Source: Dipteris shenzhenensis
Lineage: Eukaryota
Assembly (NCBI GenBank): GCA_047967505.1
Contig: CM106538.1
Length of the DNA: 64,000 bases
Reading direction: 5' to 3' (one strand)
Shown here: piece after piece, positions 1 to 13,677 of the stretch
Position numbering within the stretch: the first letter of the stretch is position 1
How the letters are laid out: each line of letters starts with the position of its first letter
The notes under the pieces: generated by a model
Told to the model about the DNA's origin: nothing
The model's database searches: none
Seen by the model: the letters and a program-made list of their open reading frames with translations, nothing else
Translations under genes and position numbers: made by a program

Positions 1-589
1 ATGGTGGAAGTCATGCAAGAACCTTCCAATGTGAATGATGAATTATATTCATTGATAACTTTCTCAACAAAAATAGAAGATCTCCGAGACGTTGCAGTCC
101 TACTCACATTTGCTACAAAGAACATATATCACTTTATTACAAGGATACAATGAATTAGGAACCTGTAAGAGGATGTAATTGACAAAGATACAAGAAGTTG
201 GGATCAGGAAGTAACTATTGCAGCCCAAGGATATTATGATTGCAACACTCAAATGTGGATCCCTAAGCCTCATCAACACAACAACCCACCTTCTCTTATT
301 TTGCCTGAAAGGCAACTTCATCCCTCTATAGCCATAATAGTTAGAGTGGAGACCCTAAAAGTTTGAGCCTACAATACCAACAGTGAAGAATACACTGGCA
401 GTAGCTACATGCGAACCTGCTCCTAAAAATGGAGTAGTGACACAAGAACCTACTGCAGAGAGAAGCCTACCAATGAGGTCTGATATAGAAGTGCGTCCTA
501 GTGTTGATTCCCTCGAATATAGGAACAACATTGATCATGCTTACTACCCACATCAGGTAGACCAAGGACCATCTGTTCTCAAGAAACTG

Positions 590-2259
590 ATGTAGTGCTT
601 CAACATTCAAGTGACCAAAACCAAAATTCCATAGGTCACGGTGAAGGGAGGACATGACCAAGGAAAGAGCGGACAAGGCATAAATCTCTTGATTCACCAT
701 ACTAGTTTGAACTTGGCTGGTAGCTTTATCCATGACCTCCACAAAGTGTTCATCGAATAGGATAGTAGGTAGCAATCTCATACGTAGACAATAGATTAAA
801 GCCAAGGGAGGGAAGAAACAGTACCCTGGGAGAGTGCATCCCTCCTTTGCTATTGGGGATAATGTCGAGATTGCCTTCATCACATACTTTAATGATAGAA
901 TTATAACTGATACAAATATCCCCCCTTGAAATCACAAAATTTGTGAATATGATTGGAGAAGGGCTCATGTTATGAGATGCCCCACTTAGAACAATCCAAG
1001 TCCTGGAATCTTTAGCTTGAAGAGCCATGACTCCCTCTCTAATAGAGGAAGCCAGAGAATCAATAATTTCAATGTGAAAATAGGCAACAGTAATGGCTAT
1101 AGAGGAGGAACTGGTACCCTTATTGGTTGTCCATAGGGGGCACTTCCTCTAGTAGTGGCCTTTTTTGCCACAATGATTACGTCAACGCTCCACCTTGAGT
1201 GCTTCCTTCTCTGCTTCTGTCCTCATATCAGGGGTCCAACAACTTTGATTCTTTCCTTGCTCTGTGGAGCTAGTAGATCATCGGAGCCACCACTATGGGA
1301 GGAAGTCTGAAATCTCTCCTCTTGATCTAGCACCATTGGTACCAAATTCTTCCCAGGTCAAGGTGTTCCTGCCGCTAGTGATTAATGACAAATAGAAGGT
1401 ATACTACTATGAAGTCAAGTGAGAGATTAGGGTAATGGCCATATCCTTGGAGGAAATTTCTTTTCCAGCTTGACGAATCTCTTGTTGAAGTTCTTAAAGC
1501 TTATTGATATGCTCCCGCATTGATCAAGACTTGGTAGGACCCAACAACCACATCTAAACTTCAAGAGAAACCCTCTTTATGGGGGAAGTCCTATTATATA
1601 AGAGTGTCAAGTGTTCCCAAATACTTTTGGCAACCGTCATATGCTTTACATTATTTATAATTTGAGGAGTACAATTCAAAAAAAATGAAAGAATGTACCC
1701 TTGCATTGACTCTGTCCTAGAGCTGAGCCAAATACTTGATCTAGGATACTTAAAACCTTTGCAAGGGTGTATGGCCGTTCGACACCCACCAGAATGAAGT
1801 CTGGTAAGTCATAGGACTAAAATGGACTCCATTATGACATGCCAAACACCATAGTTGCTCCTATCTAGCTGACTATCTACAAGAACATGGGTAATACTAG
1901 AATCTTTACCTTATTCTCTGCCATCTCTATTAGGGAAACCATTTGGATAGAAGTGGAATAAACGAGCGAAGTTGGGGGGAGGGTAAGAGAAAGAGGTATG
2001 AAGGAAGAAAAGGAGGGGAGAGTAAAAGACAAGGCAGAGAGACTTGAAGAGACCTCTTCCTTCAAGCTCCTTCAGTCTGGCCTTTACATACACCACCTCT
2101 CAGACCTGAAAACACCCTCCAAATTAGACGCCCTTTTCTACTAACAGCCCATACCTTCTTATTCTACTCTTTGGACAGTTCCAAAAAGCTTGTAGCTTGT
2201 TGGTTCCAAGCCCTCTCTATAGCACATGTCTTCTTAAACAACATTTGGCTCTAATACCA
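590..2259 (-). mobile_element. Degenerate Ty1/copia internal region (gag zinc knuckle, protease, GAG-pre-integrase), truncated near 590, with tRNA-Met PBS
   Basis: Minus-strand fragments: NHCGKKGHY*RKC (~1140-1180), WIVLSGASHNM (copia protease DSGAS-like) and DLWNFGFGHLN (LWHxRxGH-like). PBS TGGTATTAGAGC lies on the minus strand at 2248-2259. Confidence 0.8.
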
Positions 2260-3715
<1,456 letters not shown>

Positions 3716-4868
3716 TATGCACCCTAAGGTAACGAGTACTTTGAAAGGTTATGAACCAGTAGTGCGATCTTCCTCCATGCAAGATCTTTTGCTTGTCAGT
3801 GGCCTTGCTCCATTGTTCATCAATTATCTCCCTTGCTTGTTAGTGGTCTCACTACATTATCCATTAATTATCTCCCTCTTTTTCTCCAAGAACATGTGGA
3901 GGCAGATGCATAGGCCATGAGCATCCTTGATAGAAGCATCACAAGAAGTCTTGCGTAGTAACCTCAGCTAGAGCATGGGCGTGCATGCATGCACACATAT
4001 TTAACAAAGTGCAAGTAAGAGCGTGAGAGGGGGAGTAGCAACAACGAACATTTGATGAGCAAGTCATACCTAGGGCTATGTTGCAAGATAGATGTCCCAA
4101 TTCACGAGTTTAGAGCCATTCAAATATATTCACACTCAAGCTGTGTCCTTCGTCCTTCCCTCCTTTGCCCCCTCCTGCCGCTTCCTCCCCCTCTCTACCT
4201 CCTTGGCTACAAATGCAACTTCTCTTGCATTACTCGACTCAATTGAGGTGAGACATTCCTTTTTTTACATGACTTATGTACTGACCATAAGCTATGGTAC
4301 TACTCTAGACCAACTATTGAGCCTAAGTTCACCGATCCCCTTTGTTAATGAAAACCTTGAGAAGAGAGTATGTATGTTGATGCTCGCTCTCTCTAAGAAG
4401 AGAACATAAAATAATAATTAAGAGTCAAGAAAATTTGCAACATGGAAGAAATCACATCAATGTAGTTTCAAGACTTTAAAAAACTACCCTATAGTGAGGT
4501 CATGCTAAGGAGAGAGCATGAATGCTTGTGGTTTGTAATGGGAACAATATGAAAGCAAATAATACAATAATGGAAACAATTGAGAAAAGCAGAGAGAGAG
4601 AGAGAGAGAGAGAGCTCTACCAGCATTTGTAGAATACCTCATGGATCTATGAGACAAAGTATTAACAACTAAAAAGTCACGTACTACATCTAGATAACTA
4701 GAGAATTGGGGGAGTGCACAAATCTAGTCCTCCTGTTTTATTATAGGGCATGACTATATTCTAATGCTACCGTAAGGTGGCCTTTATAGTATGAGTTTGA
4801 GACTGAGAGCCTTTAGATTTGAAGTCCCTAATTAATGCTTGCCCATCTCCATAGACTGCCCATTTCCT

Positions 4869-5171
4869 TTATTTTGGTGAGTTCACCATTTCTTTAAGTT
4901 GGATAAGGGTGAGCTTCTCAGGTATACAAAACTTTGTACTGTTTAGCTTATGTGCTTGTTTGAGTATTTTAACTCTTGCTGCTCTCCCTCTGAAGTAGAC
5001 CTGTGCTTGTGTGCCATTTTGATTGTTATTGCATATATCATTTTCATCCCATTCAACTTGCGGTACTTCCTTATTAAGACATACGATTATATCATCTATG
5101 TCTTTCTCTTCATCATCACGAAGGCAACCATCTTTCAATCCCCCATCTCGTAAGATCGTTCTATTTTTCAC
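4869..5171 (-). pseudogene. Possible non-LTR retrotransposon ORF1 remnant
   Basis: VYFRGRAARVKILKQAHKLNSTKFCIPEKLT resembles the 'V.F....K..IL.....LK....I.EDLT' pattern of LINE ORF1 proteins. This is pattern recall only. Confidence 0.35.
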
Positions 5172-7089
5172 TCTATATTCCTACCTTTTTACTTCCATAT
5201 AAAGATAATCTTTATTTGCTTTGTTGCTAGGATTAGCAAGCATCTCTTCTTTGATAGAATTTACTTGATTAGTGATCATCTCCTCACCTATGGAGACCAA
5301 GCGTGGTGCTTTGTGGAGATATGCTACATTTGTGTACTGCTCGTCACTAGTGGGGGGAGAGAGAGAGAGAGAGAGAGAGAGATTAATAAACATATTTATA
5401 AGGCATAAAAACAAGTGACAAGCGAAAAACCACATGTCCAAGTTTTTGCCTAAGCACTATCAAATTAGCATTTCAGCCAAACAAGGTTGTAAAACCACTA
5501 TAATCCTAGCTATAGGATAATATTAACTAGCTCAATCAAAAAATAAAGTCAATCCTCTAATAGTTAGTGGAAGGGAAAAAGGATAAGTGCGAAATGGGAG
5601 GAGAGGATAGGGGAGAAAAGGATGTATATGGGGGAGCTGAGATGAACAAAGGAGAAGAGGAAAGATCAAGAAGGTGGGGGGGAGGGGGTGGGGCGGGGGA
5701 AGGGGGAAGGGGGAAGGGAGGGCAGGCCACATGACAATTAATGTAATTGGGGAGGGGGAGGGGAGCAAGTTGTCATTTATTTGGCTAGCCCAAGTCAATA
5801 TGTCTACATTTAAGAAAGGCCCATCAAACAAAAATCACAATCTAATTACTCTGTGACCCTTACATTACCATTAACAACCTCATTGCATGGAGCATAAATC
5901 TAGCTCATGTGACTAGGCACCTTACTCTTTTTGCAATGTGCTAGAAGTTGCTTGAAATGGTAGATTACGAGCACAAGTGGGGTGATAGGTGTGGTAATCT
6001 GAAAATGGAGCAGCATGATGAATTTGCCCATGTTAGGCATATCTAGATTGAACTTTCTTCCACGTTGTGTGACTTTCTAGATTATCATGCTCTTTTGATC
6101 ATAGCATGGTACATCACTATAGAGTTGAGCTCATATTGCAGACGTTGGGTGCTCAATGGCTTTCATTCAGAAAGAACCACATTCCACTTTGATGATAGCC
6201 CCCATTGAGGGTTCAAATGAAAAGAAAAGCCGACATTCCCAAGATATTGCCAAAATGGGGATAAAAACTGGATGAGAATAGATGTTAAATCCAACTCAAA
6301 TGGAATAAAACTAGGTTAGCGGTCAAGGAAGGACCTTAAGGCCTTATGACATTGTGATAGTTTTGTGGGAATAATGTCCCCATCTTTTTTCCCCATTTTT
6401 TCTCACAGCCCTTGAGGTCAATGGTTTTGTACCAAAAAATACTTTCGGAAGCACTTGCAGGTTCAAACTAACTCAAAACCTACATTTTTACCAAAGATTT
6501 TGATACCTACCATGGATAATAATCTTTTGCCATAAAAATCCACACGTCATTAGGGCTTTAGCACAAGGATGGGTTTAGAATTTGTCATCACGTTACTCCA
6601 CCCTAAACCAATTGGTATAGGATGGGTTTAGGACACATTTCTCCATGCTCAAGTCCCTTGCACTAAAATAAGATCCCCTTTTTAGGGATTGGAAAGAATG
6701 AATAATGAAGTGTCTTTGTCTCCACATCCTAAACAAATGAAATGATGCCATATGTCTTCTTCTTCTTTATGATGTCATGTGTCCTCTTGCAATAGCTAAG
6801 GGGACATGCACACGTAGCCCTTTGTGTGTGGCTAGAGGCATTGCACTTTGGGCCATACAACGAATGGAGAGGACACACTTATGCACGTTGAGATGCCCAA
6901 AATTGCACCTTTCATTTGTGGGGTGTGTTGAGAGTTATGGTGCCATGAGCACATGTAGAGCAAAGGTATGAGTAAAGGGCAAGCTGCCACATAGCATGGA
7001 GGAGATATCCCACAGTAGTGGGTTGAATGTATTTGTAGATCTCACCATTGGTTTGGTTTTGAAGTAGATAGTTTGGCAAGGGTTGATCT

Positions 7090-7620
7090 CATTGCTGCTG
7101 GATTGACCACCTTGGTCGTACTGCTTCTTGCGGCAATCTCTTTCATAGTGTCCAAACTTGTGACAGTAGTTGCACTGAATGTTTGACATGTTGGTGGATG
7201 CATTCCCTCGTCCTTGAAATCTTCCTCGGTTGGAATGATTTCCTCTTTGTTGATTCTGATGTTGCTGAGGATGATGCTGATGCTGATGCTGATGCTGACT
7301 TTGATTTTGTTACTCATGATTACCACATTTTTTATATGATCTACCTCTGCCTTTGCCTCTGCTTCTGCTTCTGCTTCTGTCTGAAGCTATGAATGCCTGA
7401 TCATTAGAATGACCTTTACGTGCTTGATCAAGCATATGGATGCAGTAAGTACCCTCACCTATAAAAGGGAGGTTCATTTGATGTAATATCAATCAAGCAC
7501 TTTGCACTATCTCAAGATTCTCTTTATGAGTCCAAGCTAATCTATCTTGGAACCTAATTGACTTGAGGTACATGTCATGAGCACTCTCTTCATCATGTTT
7601 GCACTTAAGTTGCATCCTCC
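7090..7620 (-). mobile_element. Ty1/copia gag C-terminal remnant
   Basis: CCHC knuckle IQCNYCHKFGHYERDCRKK, preceded by an RGRG-rich, low-complexity segment. Confidence 0.7.
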
Positions 7621-7649
7621 TTAGATTAGTGTTGTATTGTTGTATTAGG

Positions 7650-8083
7650 ATGTTGTCTCATGACTAGGAGAGCTCGATCCCCCGATTTCACAGGGTGGCA
7701 CTTGGGGCACTGGTGCCACCCGACTTTGACTAGCGGTAGGTAGTCCTACACGAATCATTGGCACGTGCACTTTTGGCTATGTAATAGGGAGGTAGAGGAG
7801 GGGTAGATGTGTACAACAAAGTAGTCACTAATGAGTAGTTTTATCTTGTGGGACACGAGGGGCAAGAATGGGCGTGAATGAAAACACTGCCATGTTGAGG
7901 GGCTCTGAGTTTGCAACTAACAACCTCTAAGCTCTTCTAAAAACCTCTAAGCTCTTTTGATTGGTGGGAACTTTTCTTTGACAAGTCTCACCTTTATCGA
8001 GGGGCTCACTACCCTAGATGAGTGGTGTGCATAGGTTGTCGCAGGTGATCGACCACACACACTCCACACTCACACCCCCTCAA
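7650..8083 (-). repeat. Candidate 3' LTR plus polypurine tract
   Basis: The minus strand reads TTGAGGGGG|TGTGAGTG at 8083-8067 (PPT followed by TG). The left boundary is uncertain. Confidence 0.35.
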
Positions 8084-8436
8084 TTAGAGTAGGTTGACCT
8101 GGGAGGGATGGTTGGCAAATCACCTTGCCCTTGAAACCAAGTGTTTCTGTTTACCAAATTGGTTTTCCCTCCAAAACCCAAACGCATGAATGCAAATTGA
8201 AATCTGGCGATCAACCTGGTTTGCAAACCACCATATTACCGAGCCAAGCCGATGACAGCTCCGAGGGGGGACCGAGTACAGGTGATGGAAGGACGGGCCA
8301 TAGGTAGTCAGTGTCATCCTATGGCTATGGTACTTTCTTCTTTTTAGCACTGCCTTCCAGGCAACCCTCTACTAACACTTTTGTAAAAAAGTGTCCCACT
8401 CGCGTTCTTGCCAAATGGATCCCTTTTATTTTGGTC

Positions 8437-8467
<31 letters not shown>

Positions 8468-8914
8468 TTTCTACAGTCTCTCTCACTCTCAGAAGATAGA
8501 GTTTGCAAATCTGTTTGCATTTACAAGCAATTGGATCATCCATTCATCTTAACAATAGTTTTGAGTGCGTAAGAACCTAAGGCAGTGCTCACTAGTACTT
8601 GTACTGACTTCTTCTTCTTCTTCTTGCACTTGCCACCTCGCCCTGTGAGCTTGAGCTGCATTATGTGTTTCATCTTTCTGTAGCTTTCAACATGCCTTGC
8701 CCCCCTCCTTCCCTTTGGCATTGGCTTTTCCGCCCTTTTGCCTCTGGATATTCCGCCCCTCTGCCTCATTGTCAGTAGCTACCACATCAGACACAATCCT
8801 TGCACTACTTGCTTTTGCTGCTCCAATTGTCTTCCTCGCATAGCAGCATTGCCAACCCTTTAGATTGGCTGCGCCCGGAGCAGTCGTGATTGCATTGCGC
8901 TCCTGCCGATTAGA

Positions 8915-9716
8915 GCGCTTGACGCTGCTGGCTTTACAGATTCACCCCAGGTCCTTATACAATCAGAGGACGGTGCTGTGCTGCAGCGTTTTCAACAGTT
9001 GACGTCCTACAGACTGGTGTACCGTGTACCTGATATGGACGTCTCTATATCAACGGAAACTGTCAACCAGATCCAACAGCTAGCGAAAATCGTGTCTTTA
9101 CCAAGGAAATTGGTTACCCCTGAAAATAGTGTGTACTTTTTGGAAAATACAACTAACATAGTTGCGGATTTCAAAGCTCAAAACATGACAGTCTTTGTGT
9201 ATTGCTAAAGAAGCGAGTACGTTGCACTGGCCTTCGATTACGAAGCAGACCCGACGTTGGAGCTTCACACCTGAGTGCAACTGTTCAAAGTCGACGGCCT
9301 TATCACGGACTTCCCTGCGACTGCGAGGGCTTATTTAGGTGAAATCTCTTTGTGGGTCGATGCAGCTAGGATCAGAACTTGAGAATTGTTGTAACATGAT
9401 AAATTTCAGAGGATGACGGGGAAATTTTGACATGCAGGAAACGAGTGTCTGAAACCGAGTACTGCGCCAGCATATTCATTGCATTTAGTGATACCGGGGG
9501 CACTCATGACTGGCACCGTGAAGGGAAACGAACCGGCTGCTGCGCCATCACCGCCGCTCGATGTATCTGAATCTGCGTTGCCTCCAATAGCATCATCTGG
9601 GTTGCCTCCGATAGCGTCATCGGGTCCTTCGCCACAAGCTGCTGGCTCAAATGCAGCGTCTGAGCGATCCCCTTTCTCTTTCTCGACGTGGTTCGTTTTT
9701 ACTTGGCCAGCACTAG
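8915..9716 (+). pseudogene. GDPDL: 3' fragment (two exons plus intron 9339-9437) of a glycerophosphodiester phosphodiesterase-like, SHV3/GDPDL-type GPI-anchored protein gene
   Basis: ALDAAGFTDSPQVLIQSEDGAVLQRF...AFDYEADPTLEL...VDGLITDFPATARAYL, then a phase-1 GT-AG intron, then GNECLKP...a Pro/Ser-rich linker and a hydrophobic tail. This matches my recollection of the GDPDL C-terminus. There is a frameshift near 9205, a TGA near 9272, and no 5' exons nearby. Confidence 0.8.
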
Positions 9717-9819
9717 GACGTTTTTTCAAATTCTGAAATCCTGTGCTTCCACATGGCACAATATACACCCTTAGATTTTTTAAATTCTGAAAGCCCAAAA
9801 GCTGCGTAAAAAGCCAATT

Positions 9820-10003
9820 GCGTAAAAAGCCAAGGCAAAACCTTTAAATATAGGCGAAACGGAGGAACGAAAGCCGTCTCGTACATGAAGGCTCTGTAAA
9901 AGCTTTGAAAGCTTTTGAAAAGCTGCGTAAAAAGCCAAGGCAAAACCTTTAAATATAGGCGAAACGGACGAACGAAAGCCGTCTCGTACATGAAGGCTCT
10001 GTA
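9820..10003. repeat. Tandem direct repeat, period ~105 bp
   Basis: GCGTAAAAAGCCAAGGCAAAACCTTTAAATATAGGCGAAACGGA.GAACGAAAGCCGTCTCGTACATGAAGGCTCTGTAA occurs at ~9820 and ~9925. Confidence 0.9.
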
Positions 10004-12414
10004 ACGTAGGCTTTGCCAAATTCAATCAAGGTAGGCTTCCAAATCTTCTTCGAGATATACAGATTGGAATACCCTGCAACGCTCTTGATCGCTTCCGTTC
10101 AAACTTGTTACTTCACTTGGTTATGAAGAATTCTCCTTCTTTGGCAAAATTCAACATCCTGAATGCGTTAGTCGTTTCCCTGTCAGCGGTTTCCCTGGAC
10201 AATTATCTTCCGCATTGCATATTCCAAAGAGTGCCACGGAGTTGTGCAGTCATGATCTAGAGAGGCTTCTCCAAGTAGTGCTTTTGCCTGCGCCAGAAAT
10301 CCACTCTATTACTAACATTTATTATCACGTCAAGTGCACTCTTTGGCTATTAAGAATTCTTTCTGCAAACGAATCCCCGCTCAAATATATCCCTCACGTT
10401 GCCCGCGGTTAAAAAGGCCATTCTATGTCAATGGGTAGTACGTAGCAGTTGTCATGCTTGACTGAATCAAACGAATTCATTCAAAGAGTTCCATTAATCC
10501 TCCTAAGCAATTTTACACATACAAACCCAACAGCCATCGTGTTTTGCTGAATCTGACGATGTCTTCTCACTGCTGGTTTTCGGAATTGTGCCATCAAAAC
10601 GTCCATCGTCGGGCGTCAGTCTTTGTCTTGGAGCTGTCTCACGGTTCTTCTACCGGACGAAGTTAAGATTGAGCTCCGACTATTAGACGATGGCGTTGCC
10701 AGGGATATCTAGGCTTGCTGTATTTATTCCCAGATCTTGGGTCTTCTTTTGTAGAAGAAACAACCCACCTCACGAAGACGCCCCTCGGGTTGTGTCATCG
10801 AGGAAATGCCCAGTGGATACTCCAAGGTTGTCGTGGTTGAACTAGACTCCCTTAGTATCGCTTCTCTCTCTCGGATGTTTAATCGCAACTGGAGATACTT
10901 GCCCTGGCAAGAGCCTTGCTCTGAAAGGCAAGCTATTTCCTAACTTCTCAAAGCTTCCTGCGCTGATAAATCCTAACTTGATGAGGGAATCAATCTTGCC
11001 AGTCTTGAGAGCCTCTCCAGCTTTGTTAAGCTCACCGGGCTTTCTTCGCTTGTCGAATTTGTTGTTGACGGTATCGTGTTAATGATTGGCACTGTCTACA
11101 GATATAGGCCTCAATTAGTTATGTCCGTTTTTGTAATTCTCCTTCTCCTCAGGCTTGCGGGAATCCTTGTCTCTAGGAGCTTATGAAGCTCTTTGGATTT
11201 GGGGCGATCGGAGGTAGCATTGGAGGAAGCAGCCCGATGGGAGGAGCAGACGGTGAAGGGGGCATTGCATAGCACCAATGTCCTTCCACTGGGACGATTT
11301 CAATAAACTTACGGGGACAGGCGCAAGCTCCTGGAGCTCCCGATGCTGCAGCACGTCTGGAGGGAGTAGCTAGGGCCATGGAAGCTCCAAGGTGGCGATG
11401 CCCCTTTTCTATAGATCTCTTCTTCCAAGAGGGTGTGTCTAGCTTTTGGTCTCTTTCTACTGAATTTTGTTGTCTGCTACTATGAGGCAATTGACACTAT
11501 CATTTCATGTTAGCATTTTGAGATTATGCATGACTTAGCAGCACTCCTTGTGGCTTACGTAACATGGACACTTTGAGTTGCTACCATTGGTAGACTACAC
11601 AATAAAATAGTTTGGAGGTGGATGCGATGCAAACATCAATAATTGTTGCGATCTGATCAAAGTTTGCAAAAGTGTCAATGATAACTATTGCCAACTCATA
11701 AGATCATGGACATAGTGAATCATTTTAGATATAATAAGATGTTATTTATACGCACTTTTATATTTCCATAGTCGTAATTTTTTGGAATCTTGCAAAGGCA
11801 AAAATTGTAACTACAACTGCTCGAAGATGTGTGAAGATGATTACCTTGATGGTTTGAACATCTTTGATCATTGGATTGTGTATAGCTTTTGTGCTTGAAT
11901 TTATCATCTTTAGGAAATTGCACATATGCTAACCAACATATCCAAACATGCAGAACAAGAGGAATGCATATTGACTAATCATGATTGTTTTTCAGATTCC
12001 AACATTCCAGCAAAGAAATAGGCGACTTCTCGTCGAGCTGTGGACGTCACAAAGGATACTCCACGTAAGTAGAATGTACGGTCATTTCAATTCTGAAATG
12101 TTTCTGCACCGTCTGTTGCTCTGGTCCGCATTAATGCGCTACACCTCCAACACTGGAGGTGACTATTCGAAACGGGGGGATGGCACGTTCCCCTATGATA
12201 TATAATTTTTGGAGAGACATGTGCTGGCTCTCCACCATACATTACGTATGGTTTTTTTTTTTTTACACATCTTGAGCACGCACACTTCTTCGCACATTCT
12301 GTTTCTGCAAGGGAACATTACATTTGCTTGGTTCGACCAACATACTAATCATGTCTGCAACACTTCTGTTTTCGAGATGTTTGCAGCCTCCAAACGAGTG
12401 TCTTCTCCTAAAGG

Positions 12415-13454
12415 GGGGGAAATCTTTTGGCGAGCTTTTTAATGTGAGCTTTTTTACCATTTCCTTTGTTTTTGCGAGCTTTTTTTAGAAATCCATACAT
12501 GTTTTTGTTATAAGAAAGATGGGGAGGTTAGAAAGAGGGGGAGAGAATATAGGATATGTTCATTTTCATAGCATGTGGGAGGGGTGGAAGAGTGTATACT
12601 ATGCACAAGGGGGGGCGGATATGAGTGGCAGTAGGAGGCAAAAAATTATGGAAGATATGTCCATATTCAAAGTAGAAGGGAGGAGCTATTGGAGATATGT
12701 ACATTTTAAAAGTGTATAATTTGAAATTTTTGACCTCATATTTGGATTCCTCGTCGAATTCCGGTCATTTTGAGTACCAACATGACCATATTCTGATAAA
12801 AATTGGAAAAATGGTGTTTTTGTCATTTTGGCCTGTTTGGGGCCTGTTTTGAGTCTGTGCTAGCCATTTTGGCCTGTTTGGGGCCTGTTTTGAGTCTGCG
12901 CTAGCGCAGACTCAAAACAGGCCCCAAACAGGCCAAAATGACAAAAACACCATTTTTCCAATTTTTATCAGAATATGGTCATGTTGGTACTCAAAATGAC
13001 CGGAATTCGACGAGGAATCCAAATATGAGGTCAAATCTGTCAAATTATACACCTTGAAAATAAACAAATTTCCCACATGCTCTCCCTTCCCCTTTACATT
13101 TAGTAGATGAACATAACTTTCACATTCCTCATCCTCTCTCTCCTCCTTGCACTCCTCTTTGCATACCTTATAAGTTCCCCCTCTACGTTCTCCACTATGA
13201 TAATGAATATATGTTCCAACTCCCCTCCCCTCCCTTCTCCATGCCACCTTACCCATGCGCCCGTCCCTCCCCCTTTCCTTTATCTCCCCTCCCCCCCCTC
13301 TCTCCTCTTAACTGCAACCACAACCCAAACTTTCAACCCACCCCACTCCATGACCCCCCCCCCCTCTCTCTCTCTCAGGTGAATGAAAAGCTCGCAATAT
13401 TCATGAAAATTGAAAAAAAGCTCATGACAAAAAGCTCACCAAAAAATCACACCC
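12415..13454. mobile_element. Non-autonomous Mutator-like (MULE) foldback element with central palindrome
   Basis: Direct repeat CTCCTAAAGG flanks it (12405-12414 and 13455-13464; 9-10 bp TSD). Imperfect G-initiated TIRs carry repeated GAGCTTTT / AAAAGCTC motifs. The central palindrome spans 12729-13035. No credible ORF. Confidence 0.8.
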
Positions 13455-13677
13455 CTCCTAAAGGTACGCACAACAGAATGTATTTGCTTGATTCAAGTTA
13501 TTTTATCAATTCTTTCACCTTCTAAAGATAGAGGTTCAGTCCATTTTGTTTTTCCTGTTGCGTTTAGACAAAACCACGTGAGTGAAATTCTAGCAAAGTT
13601 TCGGATGGTTTTTATTATTAATCCCTGTAGGTGTTTAAACCCGAACATAAGACATCGATTCATGTCACGATGTAGAA

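Noticed and set aside
9790-10003. CRISPR-like repeat array
   Set aside because: Only two long copies with no repeat-spacer regularity, in a eukaryotic context; an ordinary tandem duplication.
10270-10320. Walker A-like peptide IEWISGAGKST on the minus strand
   Set aside because: The frame is short and bounded by stops, the first Gly is missing, and no other kinase motifs follow; probably chance.
12890-12915. CTAG at the palindrome axis read as two abutting canonical Helitron 3' ends
   Set aside because: The flanking 10-bp TSD and outer TIRs explain the whole 1-kb block as one MULE-like insertion.
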